From Okeania sp. (GTDB lineage Bacteria; Cyanobacteriota; Cyanobacteriia; Cyanobacteriales; Microcoleaceae): DNA of 32,000 bases. Shown in pieces: positions 1 through 9,556 of this stretch; the first letter of the stretch is position 1, and every line of letters begins with the position of its first letter. The stretch is from positions 1-32,000 of the forward strand of contig NZ_JAYKGW010000217.1 in NCBI RefSeq assembly GCF_035285525.1. Reading direction: 5' to 3'. The position numbers and the translations under genes were made by a program. The notes below the pieces were generated by a model. That model saw nothing but the letters and a program-made list of their open reading frames with translations, was not told the origin of the DNA and ran no database searches.

Positions 1-2
1 CT

Positions 3-260
3 AATCGTTTAAATGGTTGGCATTTTCGTCGTCAACAAATTATTGATGGGTTTATTGTAGACTTTTATTGTCACTGTGCTGGAGTTGTGGTAGAAGTTGA
101 TGGGGAGATTCATCTGCAGCAATTTGAATATGATGTAGAACGCGATCGCATTCTCTTAATGCGAGGCATTCGATTGTTACGATTTAAAAATGAGGAAGTT
201 AGACAACAACTAGATAGGGTTTTGATAAGTATTGCCACAGTATGCAGTGAGGAGACCTAA
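3..260 (+). CDS. DUF559 (Vsr-like endonuclease fold) domain protein, C-terminal part; the 5' end lies outside the window
   Basis: Own translation in frame 3: NRLNGWHFRRQQIIDGFIVDFYCHCAGVVVEVDGEIHLQQFEYDVERDRILLMRGIRLLRFKNEEVRQQLDRVL..., ending at TAA 258-260. The pattern FRRQ..I..FIVDF.C......VE.DG..H......D..RD..L...G...LRF.N.EV is the DUF559 core. It is absent from the ORF track because it has no start codon in the window. Confidence 0.75.
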   Translation, partial: NRLNGWHFRRQQIIDGFIVDFYCHCAGVVVEVDGEIHLQQFEYDVERDRILLMRGIRLLRFKNEEVRQQLDRVLISIATVCSEET

Positions 261-268
261 CCCCCCAA

Positions 269-305
269 CCCCCTTCCCTACAAGGGAAGGGGGTGTTGAT
301 TTTTG
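269..305 (+). terminator. Candidate intrinsic terminator after the DUF559 gene
   Basis: Perfect 10-bp GC-rich stem cccccttccc/gggaaggggg (269-278 / 284-293) with loop tacaa, followed by tgttgatttttg. It starts 9 nt after the stop codon. Confidence 0.55.
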
Positions 306-314
306 ACTCCCCTC

Positions 315-365
315 TTTCTTGCCCCCTCCTGTTTCTTGCCCCCTCCTGTTTCTTGCCCCCCTCCC
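315..365. repeat. 17-bp tandem repeat tttcttgccccctcctg, about 3 units, running into a second C/G hairpin
   Basis: Units at 315-331 and 332-348 are identical. The third unit (349-365) is degenerate and merges into hairpin ccccctcccc ttgca ggggagggg (357-380). Confidence 0.85.
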
Positions 366-580
366 CTTGCAGGGGAGGGGTTGGGGGAGAGGTCTTAGTA
401 AGCGATCGCAACTTGATGACCACTTTATCTAGACTAATAATATAGATATGGAATTAAAATGTAACATCTCTACAGGGTTATCATTTTCTTCACAACCCCT
501 AATTTTTGCTGGATAGAGGTTAGCTGAAAACTTTATTCCAAAAGCTTTTTACCTTACTTGTCACGACTCCAGTCGAAAAT

Positions 581-704
581 TACAGCAGATTCGATTTTGG
601 TAAGGTAAATCCACGGGAGCAAGATGCACGGTTCCCGAAAAATCCCTACTTATGAAGATTTAATTATTAAATCTGTACTTTAGTTATGCTTGGAATCTGC
701 TGTA
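581..704. mobile_element. MITE-like element, family 3 (TIR TACAGCAGATTC)
   Basis: Perfect 12-bp terminal inverted repeat: tacagcagattc at 581-592 and gaatctgctgta at 693-704. Contains the GGTTCCCGAAAAATC module (630-644). A paralogue lies at 20037-20142. Confidence 0.7.
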
Positions 705-748
705 AATCCATTATTATCCAGAAATCATCAATTATTTTCCTTGACTCC

Positions 749-1429
749 CTATTCCTTCTTTTCTAGCTCTAACAAATGTTGCAGAGAAATACTTGCTGCT
801 TGAGAAACTTGAGGATGAACATCTTTTTCTAAATATTTCAAAGCAGATACACTCTTGGGAGTAGACATATTTCCTAACGCTTCTGCTAACCTCTGACGAA
901 TCAACCAATCTTCCGAAGAAGCAAATCTAAGAACATGATCTACTGCTTCCAAATCTCCAATTTCTCCTAAAGCGGCGATCGCTGCTTGTTGTATTACCAA
1001 TTCCTGACTGTCTAATGCTTCTATCAATAAATCATGGGCACGTTTATCTTTCAGATTTCCCAGAGCAACTGCTGCACTGAAACGTACTAACCAACTGGTA
1101 TCTTCATAAAATGCTCGTGCTAAAGGTTCAAACGCTCTCACATCCTCCAAATAACCTAAAGCTCCTGCTGCATCAGCGCGAACACCATAATCTTCATCTT
1201 TTTCCAGTAATTCTACTAAAATTGAGTAGCATTCCTCTGTCCGTTTAACACCCAGAGCAAATACTGCCATCGAACGTACTGGTAAGTTGGAGTCATACAA
1301 TACTTTTTTGATTAGAGGAACCGCTTCAGTTGCAGATACTTCCCGGAGATGAGCAAGAGCGAGGAGGCGATCGCGGGAATTTTCGCTATCTAGTTGGGCT
1401 GATATTTGTTCTAAACTCAGATTTTGCAT
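749..1429 (-). CDS. HEAT-repeat protein (PBS-lyase HEAT-like repeats, NblB/CpcE-like)
   Basis: 226-aa ORF. It has repeated units of about 31 aa of the type D...VR..AA.ALG......A...L...L.D....VR..AA.ALG, which is typical of cyanobacterial HEAT_PBS repeats. Confidence 0.75.
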   Translation of the reverse strand: MQNLSLEQISAQLDSENSRDRLLALAHLREVSATEAVPLIKKVLYDSNLPVRSMAVFALGVKRTEECYSILVELLEKDEDYGVRADAAGALGYLEDVRAFEPLARAFYEDTSWLVRFSAAVALGNLKDKRAHDLLIEALDSQELVIQQAAIAALGEIGDLEAVDHVLRFASSEDWLIRQRLAEALGNMSTPKSVSALKYLEKDVHPQVSQAASISLQHLLELEKKE

Positions 1430-1533
1430 ATTTTGCCTTTGGTTTATAAAACTTTATATTTAACTAATATTATAACCCACATTCCGGACGACAAAATGTA
1501 GCATACTAAAGAGGAAGAAACTTGAGTAAGTAT

Positions 1534-1886
1534 TTAGGGTTTGCTGAAAAAGTTTGTTTGTGAAACTAGGCAATTGGTATGGGGCAATAGGTAATAGTTA
1601 GGGTTTGCGCTTCTTCAGTCTTTTTTAAGGGTAGGGACATTTTGCTGCGCAACATGTTTGCGGAGCATTCCGGAACGGAAAACGCATTTTTGTTATGCAA
1701 GGTCCTACGGGAGTAGAGGAGCTCGAAAGTAATTTTTTTTGCCCAACGATGTGTCTAGAATGTTAACTTGAGGAGCATTAAAAGCTGATTTTTCGGGAAC
1801 CGTAAACCAGGTACTTTTTCCTGACCTAAAAAGGCTAAAACTATTAGTATGTAAATACTTTTAGTTTTCCATACGCCAGCCCTAGT
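1534..1886. mobile_element. Degenerate family-4 element (TTAGGGTTTGCTGAA terminus), probably composite
   Basis: The left end ttagggtttgctgaaaaag matches the termini at 14382 and 15055. Internally it has gatttttcgggaacc (1787-1801) and ggtacttttt modules in reverse orientation relative to 14382-14599. The right end gccagccctag is degenerate. A nested GC-rich GCATTCCG module lies at about 1620-1710. Confidence 0.4.
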
Positions 1887-2116
1887 TACAGGTGTTAATT
1901 TTTCTAAATTTTTTCAAGTTTGGTGAGAAAAAATCTAGAGTTTTTCAAGATTAATTTAGTAATTTATTGCCACTTTTTGTTACCTAAAAAAGTTTCTTCA
2001 TCTGTCAATGGGAGCGAGATTTAATCAGGAATATCTATTGATAATTATAATATTTCATTCACCTAATTTTATGGCTGATGTTAACTATAGTTATGGGAAA
2101 AAATAGGGGTGTTTAT

Positions 2117-2265
2117 CCAATAATGGATAATTGATAATTACCTCTCCCTAAAAAAATGAATAAAAGGAAAAAATATATTTTTTCCCCCTTGAAAGGGGAG
2201 GCTTTAAACCTGAATTATTTAATTATTTAATTATTTAGTTATTTAGTTATTAATTCTTTGGTAAT
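2117..2265. repeat. Dispersed repeat: ATAATGGATAATTGATAATTACCTCT, then the hairpin ccccttgaaaggggaggctttaaacc, then an octamer array. This copy is the 'empty-site' paralogue of 10397-10866
   Basis: Collinear with 10397-10866, except that the second copy carries two extra inserted blocks. The repeat ends directly against the mutT stop codon (2266-2268). Confidence 0.7.
2213..2252. repeat. Octamer tandem array (AATTATTT/AGTTATTT), 5 units
   Basis: aattattt x3, then agttattt, then agttatta, read directly. It lies 13 nt from the mutT stop codon. Confidence 0.85.
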
Positions 2266-2661
2266 TTAATCCTGGTTCAAAGCAGTAATAATTTGTTGAT
2301 TTGCTTCAGGAAAAGTAAATTTATCTATCTCATCCAATGTAACCCATCTAAACTCATCACATTCTATAGTTTTTGGTATTCCCCGCAAATAACGACAATG
2401 ATAAACATGAAGTGTAACCGTAACTTCCGAATAATTATGTTCTATAGTAATTAAATGTTCTTCTACTGAAATTTCAACTCCTAACTCTTCTAAAATTTCC
2501 CTTTTAATGCAATCTTCTATTGTTTCACCAATTTCTTTTTTACCTCCTGGAAATTCCCATAAACCACCAAAAGTACCTCCAGGTTTTCGCTTGTCAATTA
2601 AAATTTTTCCTGCTTCATTCCAGATGACAGCAACACCAATTAACTTATGAGGTAATATCAT
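2266..2661 (-). CDS. mutT: NUDIX hydrolase, MutT-type (8-oxo-dGTP diphosphatase-like)
   Basis: 131-aa ORF with a canonical Nudix box: GGKKEIGETIEDCIKREILEELGV (GX5EX7REUXEEXGU), preceded by WEFPGG. Confidence 0.85.
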   Translation of the reverse strand: MILPHKLIGVAVIWNEAGKILIDKRKPGGTFGGLWEFPGGKKEIGETIEDCIKREILEELGVEISVEEHLITIEHNYSEVTVTLHVYHCRYLRGIPKTIECDEFRWVTLDEIDKFTFPEANQQIITALNQD

Positions 2662-2870
2662 ATTGCCATTCTATTTTTATTTTATTTGTCTATAAAAATC
2701 TTACTGCTTTTCGGGAATAGGTATGGAGGCAATAGACAAGAGTTTCAGAGTTTAATTTTGCCTAACTATCAATAAAAATTCCCCGGTTTATTACAGCAGT
2801 TATCAACAAAGTTTAGACATTCTCAAATTTAATTACACCAAAAATTAAACTTCTGACTTCCACTATAAAC

Positions 2871-3082
2871 GTAAGCATTCAGCCCTCAGCTAACCTCCTG
2901 GAGCGGAACTGCGGAATTAATTCAGCTATTAGCTTTAGATGATAAATTTAATAAAAAGTATCAAATCTAATAGTATTGGTAAAATTCAATATTGTTCTCC
3001 AAACCTTACCAAGATTGAAGTTTTTGCCAATATTGATTTTCTCCTCCAAAGGTGGATTTGATATTAATAGCTGAATGCTTAC
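2871..3082. mobile_element. MITE family 1 (TIR GTAAGCATTCAGC...GCTGAATGCTTAC), copy 1
   Basis: Perfect 13-bp TIR: gtaagcattcagc at 2871-2883 and gctgaatgcttac at 3070-3082. Sub-terminal AGCTATTAGCT/AATAGCTGA motifs are shared with the other copies. Confidence 0.85.
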
Positions 3083-3137
3083 CTATAGCCAGGGAAATAA
3101 TAACTATTCGACTAAACTAACTCTCCTTGCTAAACAT

Positions 3138-3458
3138 TTAATCCCTTTTCAAAGAATTTTCAAATGTCATTCTCTGTTCAGCATTTCTAATAAAATAGCC
3201 ACTAAGCATTGCTGAAGCTAATAACTTACCTAAATTTTCTCTGCTAGTTGTTATACTTACATTAAACTGTTCTGAAGGTAGATTGCCTAAAAGTCCCACA
3301 ATATTTCGCTCCATCACCTGAAAAACTTCTTGGGAATTTGGTTTTGATAAGTGGGATACTGTGTCTGGACTCATAGATTGGACATATTGCCAAAGTAAAT
3401 TGACTTCTTCTGAACCTTCTGCAAACAACTCTGGCTCGTGATTGTTTCTACTGGTCAC
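3138..3458 (-). CDS. DUF760 domain protein (conserved in cyanobacteria and plastids)
   Basis: 106-aa ORF. The pattern LWQYVQSMSPDTV..LSKP.S.EV..VMERNIVGLLG.LPSE.F.V.I.TSRE.L..LLASAM.SGYF.RNAEQR matches my recollection of the DUF760 family. Confidence 0.7.
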   Translation of the reverse strand: MTSRNNHEPELFAEGSEEVNLLWQYVQSMSPDTVSHLSKPNSQEVFQVMERNIVGLLGNLPSEQFNVSITTSRENLGKLLASAMLSGYFIRNAEQRMTFENSLKRD

Positions 3459-3678
3459 TTCCTACCTCCATTTCAGAAACTTTTTTTTGACAACTTAATA
3501 GTTTATGGACTTAACTAACCATAATCTATTGCAATTGTTAATATTTGTTTGACTTCCTATATTATAACTTAACAGAATATTGCCATAAGTCTCTATTATA
3601 GCACTTCCCGGAAGTCAGAAATCAGAAATGAGAAAATATCTGATCGAAAATTTGGGGCATTTGCTTCCCATTTCCAAG

Positions 3679-3928
3679 CTATCTCTGATTAGGAACTCCT
3701 GAAAAGCTTGTGGTACCCACCCCTAGCCCCTCCCAGGAGGGGCTAGGAGAGCTATTAGCAGGAGAGAAAGGAGAAAAAATCATAGTAGCTAGGCCAAACT
3801 ACTCAAGTTATCAAAAAAATGTACTTTTTCATACACTTTTTCCCCAACAAAAGCTATTTAAAGGCTTAAACATAACTTGTACATAATGCCCAAGTTTTAT
3901 GTTCAGAAAGATGCTTATAAAGCATAAG
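3679..3928. mobile_element. 250-bp dispersed element (family 5), copy A. It is an inverted copy of 10433-10683
   Basis: By-eye alignment to the reverse complement of 10433-10683 gives roughly 85% identity over the full length. It contains the 26-nt palindrome cctagcccctcc-ca-ggaggggctagg (3722-3747). ORF-track entry 3829-4044 lies inside it and is probably spurious. Confidence 0.8.
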
Positions 3929-4176
3929 TAGGAAGATGGGGAGGAAAAATCCTGTTTAGTCAAGTAGACCCCCATACGGGCTTTGCAGCCCCCACTAAAA
4001 ACATTTAATTCTAAATAGGGCTGGCTGATTAAATCTAAAAGCATTTACAGATAAAGGTTTTAACGTTTTTTTGTAGAAAAAAGTACCACCTTATTAGGTC
4101 GCTCAGATTCAAAAAAAAAAGAAGTACATTTTGGGCAAGAGTTAGACAAAAAAATTACTCCCCATCACCCCAAACT

Positions 4177-5136
4177 CTAACTAGCTAAATAATCACCTAT
4201 ATCTTGTTTTCTTTTACGCAGTTTACTCAAAGCTTCCCGCTCTATCTGTCGTACTCTTTCACGACTAATATTGAGGCGATCGCCTATTTTTGATAGAGTC
4301 ATACTTTGTCCATCTTCTAAGCCAAATCTTAAGGCCAAAACTTGCTTTTGTTGAGGATTAAGGTCAGCCATAATTAGTTCTAAATCAGTCTGCATCGAAG
4401 ACTGAAGAGCATAATCTTCTGGAGAATATCCTGTGTCCTCCAACAAATCTCCTAACTCTGTATCTTGGTTATCTCCTACTCGCAAGTCCAGTGATAAAGG
4501 TAAGCGAGCCCGTTCTAGACATTCTCGAATTTGTTTGGGAGTTAAACCTAGTTCTTCTGCTATTTCCGCAGTGGTTGCCGAACGTCCTAGTTCTTGGGTT
4601 AATTGACGTTGGGTTTTTTTGATTTTGTTGAGCTTTTCTGTGATATGAATAGGTAAACGAATTGTGCGACCTTTTTCGGCGATCGCCCTAGTTATAGCCT
4701 GACGAATCCACCAATAAGCATAAGTAGAAAATCTATAACCTTTAGTAGGGTCAAATTTTTCTACCCCTCGCTGCATACCAATAGTACCTTCTTGAATTAA
4801 ATCCAGCAAATCTACATTTCGTTTGATATACTTTTTAGCAACAGATACAACTAAGCGTAAATTGGCCTCTACCATCTTGCGCTTGGCTCTATCCCCCTCT
4901 CTCATAATTCGCTGCAATTCACTTTTTGAGAGGTCTTGGGCATCTGCCCATTCTTCTAATGTTGGCTCACGGCCTAATGCTTCAGCTAAGGTCTGATGAA
5001 ATTCTTGCAAGGCTATTAAGCGTTGTACTTGTTTCCCATAAAGAATTTCTTCTTCGTGGGTTAATAGGGGAACACGACCAATTTCTTTTAGATAAGTGCG
5101 TACAGAATCAATGTCTGAGGTTTTACCAATCTTCAT
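4177..5136 (-). CDS. RNA polymerase sigma-70 family factor, group 2 (RpoD-like)
   Basis: Motifs seen: [21 protein letters not shown] (region 1.2), [41 protein letters not shown] (region 2), [14 protein letters not shown] (region 3), and [19 protein letters not shown] (region 4.2). I moved the start to ATG 5136 (MKIGKTSD...) because the 43-aa N-terminal extension in the track has no sigma-like sequence. Confidence 0.9.
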   Translation of the reverse strand: MKIGKTSDIDSVRTYLKEIGRVPLLTHEEEILYGKQVQRLIALQEFHQTLAEALGREPTLEEWADAQDLSKSELQRIMREGDRAKRKMVEANLRLVVSVAKKYIKRNVDLLDLIQEGTIGMQRGVEKFDPTKGYRFSTYAYWWIRQAITRAIAEKGRTIRLPIHITEKLNKIKKTQRQLTQELGRSATTAEIAEELGLTPKQIRECLERARLPLSLDLRVGDNQDTELGDLLEDTGYSPEDYALQSSMQTDLELIMADLNPQQKQVLALRFGLEDGQSMTLSKIGDRLNISRERVRQIEREALSKLRKRKQDIGDYLAS

Positions 5137-6213
5137 AATCTTTTTACCGCTAGATAACTCTACTTTGAGCCAGCAAGAAAAGCGGGCGGGGGTTACGCTT
5201 TTCTTGAGTTTTTCTGAAAAAAAGCTTTTCTGTCTCCAGAAAACAAAATGATAAGACTCCTGCACATTCCAGGAGTTAGTGATAGTTGATCAATGAAATG
5301 ACCATTTTTGATTAATTTGGTCTAGAAAAGGTCTTGGTTATAGATTTTAGATTTTGTATAAATGACCAAAGAGTTCCTCTTTATATTGGACTTCTATGAT
5401 GAACATTTGTTAACAATAAAAGAAGTTTTACTATATCTTTTTGTAATTTAGATTTTGTACAGAATCCAAGTAGGATTTCGCAAAAATAGACTTTTTAGTG
5501 TTTTTAATCACCTCAGATAGTTATTATGGCCTTTACATAACTCTATATTATGTTAAGAATTTTAACATTTATGAGGGCAAATGGCTATACCTAAATACCG
5601 TTTTACTGAAATTAGAGAGGTTAACAAGGTTTAATAGCTTGTATGAGACTACTGAGAAATCCTGAAAAAAGTTGCATCCTGTACAACAAAATCACAAAAA
5701 TACTTGAGTTAGTCAGAAATTATGGACTTATTTTCTGGCGTTTGACTTTTTTTTTTGACTTTCGACTTGATTGAGACATAACAATAGGATAATAAAACAG
5801 GACTTATGAATGAACGCTATTAATAGTGGATTGTTTCACCTTAAATGGTGCAATAGCTGTAGGTTACAAAAATATTTCTCCCCCACTCCCCCACTCCCCC
5901 ACCCCCCCACTCTCCTACTCCCTAATGCACCATTTTAGGTATGTCGGTCCAGTAGGGTGTATTTTCCGCGCTTGAGCGGAGATGAAACGCTACGGGACAT
6001 GAAAAGCGTTTCGCTGCGCGACATGAATGGGCAGCATTCCGCAGGAAAGCGTAACGCACCAACCCGCTATATACAGAGTTGTTGCGTAAGTCTTATAAAA
6101 GTGATGGTAACACTGAGTAGAAAAGCAGAAATTGTTATAGCAACTATTGCCCAATAGTTAGTTATTTATTTAAGTAGTATTATTATTCCCCAGTTATGAA
6201 CAGGAAATAAATT

Positions 6214-7306
6214 ATGTTGAAATCTTTGACTATAAATAATTTTCGGCGCTGCCAATTTTTTGAACTTCAACAACTTAGCAGAGTTAATTTATTGGTGGGG
6301 ATGAATAATAGTGGGAAGACTTCTATTTTAGAAGCAACCAAACTTTTATATTCTGTGAAACAACCAGATAAATTGGAGAAAATAATGTCTTATCGAGGAG
6401 AGACTTTATTTGAAAAAAGCTCTGAAAAACTAGATATTAGTCACCTTTTTTATGGGCGTTAAATTTCAGTAGGAAGTAATGATAAAAATCGGGAGAATTT
6501 AGTTGGTTTAATACAAGTAAATTCAATTAATGAATTGTCTAAACCAAAAGATTTATTAGATTATTCAGAATAAATTAGTGATGAAATAGATGAATTAAAA
6601 GATATTTTTTTAGCCTTGATTGGAACAAAACAAGAAGTTAGTATAAGAGGTAGATTATCAAATGATGGAGGTATAGATATTCGGATGTTAAGGTTATCTA
6701 GAATAATGACAAAAGAAGTTACAAAATATCAATTTATTACACCTTTATCTTTGAATATTAATGAAATTACTAAATTATTTGATAAGATTGTTTTGACTCC
6801 AGAGGAAACATTTATCCTAGAAGCATTACAAATTATTGAACCTAACATTGAACGTATTGCTTAAATAAGTCCTGAAAAATACGTTTATTAGACTGAAATT
6901 GTAGCAACAAGAGACGGGTTTAGAATAAAAATTTCTGACCAAAAACAACCTATACCTATTGGAAGTATGGGAGAAAGAATATGGCGAATTTTAGCATTAG
7001 TTATGGCTCTTGTTTCTGCTGAAGGTAGAGTATTACTTGTGGATGAAATTGATCTGGTTTACATTTTCGACAATGTCTGATATGTGGAAACTTCTTTGAA
7101 AAACGGCGAAAGAATTAAATGTTCAAGTATTTGTTACTACTCATAATGGTGACTGTTGGAGTAGTCTTGCAGATGTGATTAAAAGTGAATATTTAGAAGG
7201 TGAAGAAATTACAATTCACAGAATAGAAGCAGATAAAAATAGTTCTGTAGTTTTTACAGAACCTCAAATTGTTATTGCTGCAAAACGCGAAATAGAGGTG
7301 CGGTAG
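6214..7306 (+). pseudogene. Decayed AAA-family (AAA_15/OLD-like N-terminal) ATPase
   Basis: The N-terminus MLKSLTINNFRRCQFFELQQLSRVNLLVGMNNSGKTSILEA carries a Walker A motif. Downstream are GSMGERIWRILALVMALVSAEGRVLLVDEID (Walker B) and VFVTTHNGDCW. The same frame is kept from 6214 to 7080 but is interrupted by stops at 6460 (TAA), 6571 (TAA), 6862 (TAA), 6889 (TAG) and 7078 (TGA). The frame then shifts near 7055-7061, with a further TGA at 7097. The ORF ends at TAG 7304-7306. Confidence 0.8.
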
Positions 7307-7528
7307 TAATGAGGACAAAAGAAAAGAAATTACTTCCTAAAAATAAACTCTTGGTCGAGGGTGCTGAGGAGAAAAGAGTTATTCCATATTTGATAGAAGC
7401 TAATGGAATTTCTACCAAGTTACAAAAATCTGGACTTTCTGCATTAGTTGAATGGTTCATGCAGATAATAAACCAGAAAATACATGGCAAAGTATTAGAA
7501 ATGTTTGTTTACTAAGTATTCCTGATTT

Positions 7529-7703
7529 GTAAGCATTGAGCTATTAGCTTTCAGCTCTCATAAACAAGACTTTTAGCTCTTAAATAGTGTTTAAATGAAT
7601 CAAGATTTCAAGTCAATAAAAACCAGCTTTGGTAGCAAGATTTATAAAGCTTTTATCCCACACATAATAGCTGATAGCTAATAGCTGACCGCTGAATACT
7701 TAC
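7529..7703. mobile_element. MITE family 1, copy 2, inserted in the DUF3226-like ORF
   Basis: Ends are gtaagcattgagctattagc and atagctgaccgctgaatacttac. Removing 7527-7703 (177 nt, a multiple of 3) joins ...SIPD to PNFPKNL... in frame. Confidence 0.85.
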
Positions 7704-7895
7704 CCTAATTTTCCTAAAAATTTACCAGAAACAAGTTTAATTCATAACACTAATTATGGTGTTAAGTTTGGAGTTTGGATGATGCCAGATAACAAAATGT
7801 GTGGGATGTTAGAAACTTTTTTTACTTATATGATTCCTGAGGAAAATCAACCTATTTAGAACCATGCAAAAACAACTGTTATGGAAGCTAAAAAT

Positions 7896-8082
7896 GTAAG
7901 GATTCAGCAGTTAGTTATCTATTTTATTTTGAGATAAAAGCTTTATGATCCGGTTCCCGATAAATCGGCAATTTTATCTGACTACAAAATTCAGCTTGAA
8001 CTTTCTTTATTCGTTTAAATATCCTCCTTAAGGTTGAAGTTTTTATTGCTGAAGTGCTGACAGCTAATAGTTGAATGGTTAC
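7896..8082. mobile_element. MITE family 1, copy 3, second insertion in the DUF3226-like ORF
   Basis: Ends are gtaaggattcagcag and ctaatagttgaatggttac. It contains ggttcccgataaatc (7952-7966). It starts exactly at a codon boundary, and removing it places the upstream and downstream coding segments in the same frame. Confidence 0.8.
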
Positions 8083-8300
8083 CTAAAAATTTAAAATCCA
8101 AAACATTCCCAAGCTCAAATATTTATTAACTGGTTGAAAAAATTATATGACTTGTAAATTTAGATTTTAACTTCATTCTCTCTTGATGTATAGTTGAGGC
8201 GAGCACTACAATCAGATCAACCTGATCAAATACAATTAAAACTAAAACTACAAGAAAATTTTTTTCTCTAATTTTTCTCAAGAATTCGGTTCAGAAAAAC

Positions 8301-8433
8301 TATAACAGTCTGAAATTTGTGACCAATCAAAAAGCAACTAAAACAACTGAAATTTTCACCTGTTCCCTATTCTCTCTTCCCTCTTCCCTAAAAGGAATGC
8401 AATTTTGTACACGAATAAAATAGGATTGCTATA
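8301..8433. mobile_element. MITE family 2 (TIR TATAGCAATCCTA), degenerate copy A
   Basis: The right end aataaaataggattgctata is intact. The left end ctataacagtctgaaatttg is diverged. The internal CT-rich block cctgttccctattctctcttccctcttccctaaaag is collinear with copy B. Confidence 0.6.
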
Positions 8434-8435
8434 GG

Positions 8436-8564
8436 AGTCTCAGCACTTTAAAAAATTGGTTAATTTAATATATTTTGGGAAGGGAAATTTCAGTATGATA
8501 AAAGCTTTATCTCTCAAACTAAAGACAATAGCTGATAGCTGTTAGCTGACGACTGAATGCTTAC
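8436..8564. mobile_element. MITE family 1, truncated or degenerate copy (right end intact)
   Basis: The right end aatagctgatagctgttagctgacgactgaatgcttac ends at 8564. The internal gataaaagctttatc is shared with copies 2 and 3. The left end is not recognisable and abuts the family-2 element ending at 8433. Confidence 0.5.
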
Positions 8565-8593
8565 TAATTTGTACATGTTGAGAATTAGTTTAA

Positions 8594-8723
8594 TATAGCA
8601 ATCCTAAATAGGTTGCGGGTAATCAAAAAGTAAATAAAGAAACGGAAACTCCTACCTGTTCCCTCTTCCCTATTCCCTAAAAAGCAGTAAGATTTTTGGC
8701 AAGAATAAAATAGGATTGCTATA
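8594..8723. mobile_element. MITE family 2, copy B
   Basis: TIR tatagcaatcctaaatagg at 8594 and aataaaataggattgctata ending at 8723. It lies 18 nt beyond the stop codon of ORF 8742-9167. Confidence 0.8.
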
Positions 8724-8741
8724 TTAATTTAGTCAGGTTAG

Positions 8742-9167
8742 TTAAGGTTGTTTTAATAATTCAGCTCGGATGCAACCTTTTTCCCATTTCCAGTTAGGTA
8801 AAGATTTTTGGGGAAGAAAAATTGCCCAAATTGAACCTTCAGGACTTTTATAAAAACCTGTAATTTCAGCTTCTACCAGACTACACCAGGGTGCTGATAC
8901 TAAAATTTTATCTCCCGAACTAAAAACTTTTCCATTAGCATTAGTTGCTTGTTGAATAGATTCTTTTAATTTTGGTTTACCTGGTTTTTTAGACCTTTGT
9001 AATCTAGTTGACTGATTAGTAGTTTCTCTTAATGAGATATTTTTGGCTATGGTGGGTTTTTCTGTTTTGGACTCAGTTGTTTTGCGCAGGGTCTCCTTGG
9101 AGAAATTAGATTCAACTGGCCTTTTGGGTCTAACAGGTCTATTAATTGCTATTATTTCGTGACTCAT
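8742..9167 (-). CDS. Orphan hypothetical protein: basic, low-complexity N-terminal half and a compact W-rich C-terminal domain
   Basis: 141-aa ORF starting at an ATG, with GGGAG 9 nt upstream. The C-terminal part reads FSSGDKILVSAPWCSLVEAEITGFYKSPEGSIWAIFLPQKSLPNWKWEKGCIRAELL. I recognise no family, and it is the only ORF that looks real between 8.2 and 11.9 kb. Confidence 0.45.
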   Translation of the reverse strand: MSHEIIAINRPVRPKRPVESNFSKETLRKTTESKTEKPTIAKNISLRETTNQSTRLQRSKKPGKPKLKESIQQATNANGKVFSSGDKILVSAPWCSLVEAEITGFYKSPEGSIWAIFLPQKSLPNWKWEKGCIRAELLKQP

Positions 9168-9556
9168 TCACTTAACTCCCTATACCTGATTTTAGCTATC
9201 TTTCTATCTTATGATAGCACTACTGAAATTTGGCTTTTATTTTTGGTAGCCTAAATAATTATTTAAACTGTTATAGTACACTTTTTGCCAGAACAAATTT
9301 TATGTTCTGAAAGAATAAATTCCCCAGAATTAATTTTTAATAGTTAAAATAGTTAATCCTAGTAGATGATAGGAGACAGCTTTATCCTTGTTCATTTTAG
9401 CAACAGTCCAAGCAAGCCTTAAATAAGGATTTAAGTTTTATTGAATAAACTGTTTTTAATAATTCTCACTTTCTGGACTTGAATCAGGAATTTTTTTGAT
9501 TAAGATAACTTTTACTGAATTTTAACCTGATTAATAGTAAGTATTCAGTTTTCAGC

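Larger units (their letters stand above)
7309..8157 (+). pseudogene. Decayed DUF3226-like gene, partner of the upstream ATPase, broken by two MITE insertions
   Basis: The ATG at 7309 lies 2 nt after the ATPase stop. Segments read in order: KLLVEGAEEKRVIPYLIEANGI; after a frameshift near 7445, VHADNKPENTWQSIRNVCLLSIPD; then MITE; then PNFPKNLPETSLIHNTNYGVKFGVWMMPDNKMCGMLETFFTYMIPEENQPI*NHAKTTVMEAKN; then MITE; then ..HSQAQIFINWLKKLYDL*. The motifs LVEG..D/E, DADN, GVW.MPDN..G.LE.F and F..WL match my recollection of DUF3226. Confidence 0.65.

Noticed and set aside
199-423. 74-aa minus-strand ORF in the supplied track
   Set aside because: It lies entirely within the C/G hairpins and the 17-bp tandem repeat, and it overlaps the 3' end of the DUF559 gene. 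Its Pro/Gly-rich sequence is an artefact of the repeat composition.
3829-4044. 71-aa ORF (minus strand), plus ORFs 10699-10896 and 5957-6157
   Set aside because: All three sit inside dispersed repeat elements (the family-5 element, the host repeat and the GC-rich module). None has a family resemblance, and two of them start at non-ATG codons.
4926-5138. ORFs antisense to or overlapping well-supported genes: 4926-5138, 7272-7490, 17111-17293, 19398-19601, 25770-26018, 26429-26641 and 28023-28214
   Set aside because: Each lies fully within, or opposite, a gene that has strong motif support (sigma factor, ATPase, KGK, menH, msrB, menA). Their sequences are low-complexity. Long antisense ORFs are expected by chance in AT-rich coding DNA.
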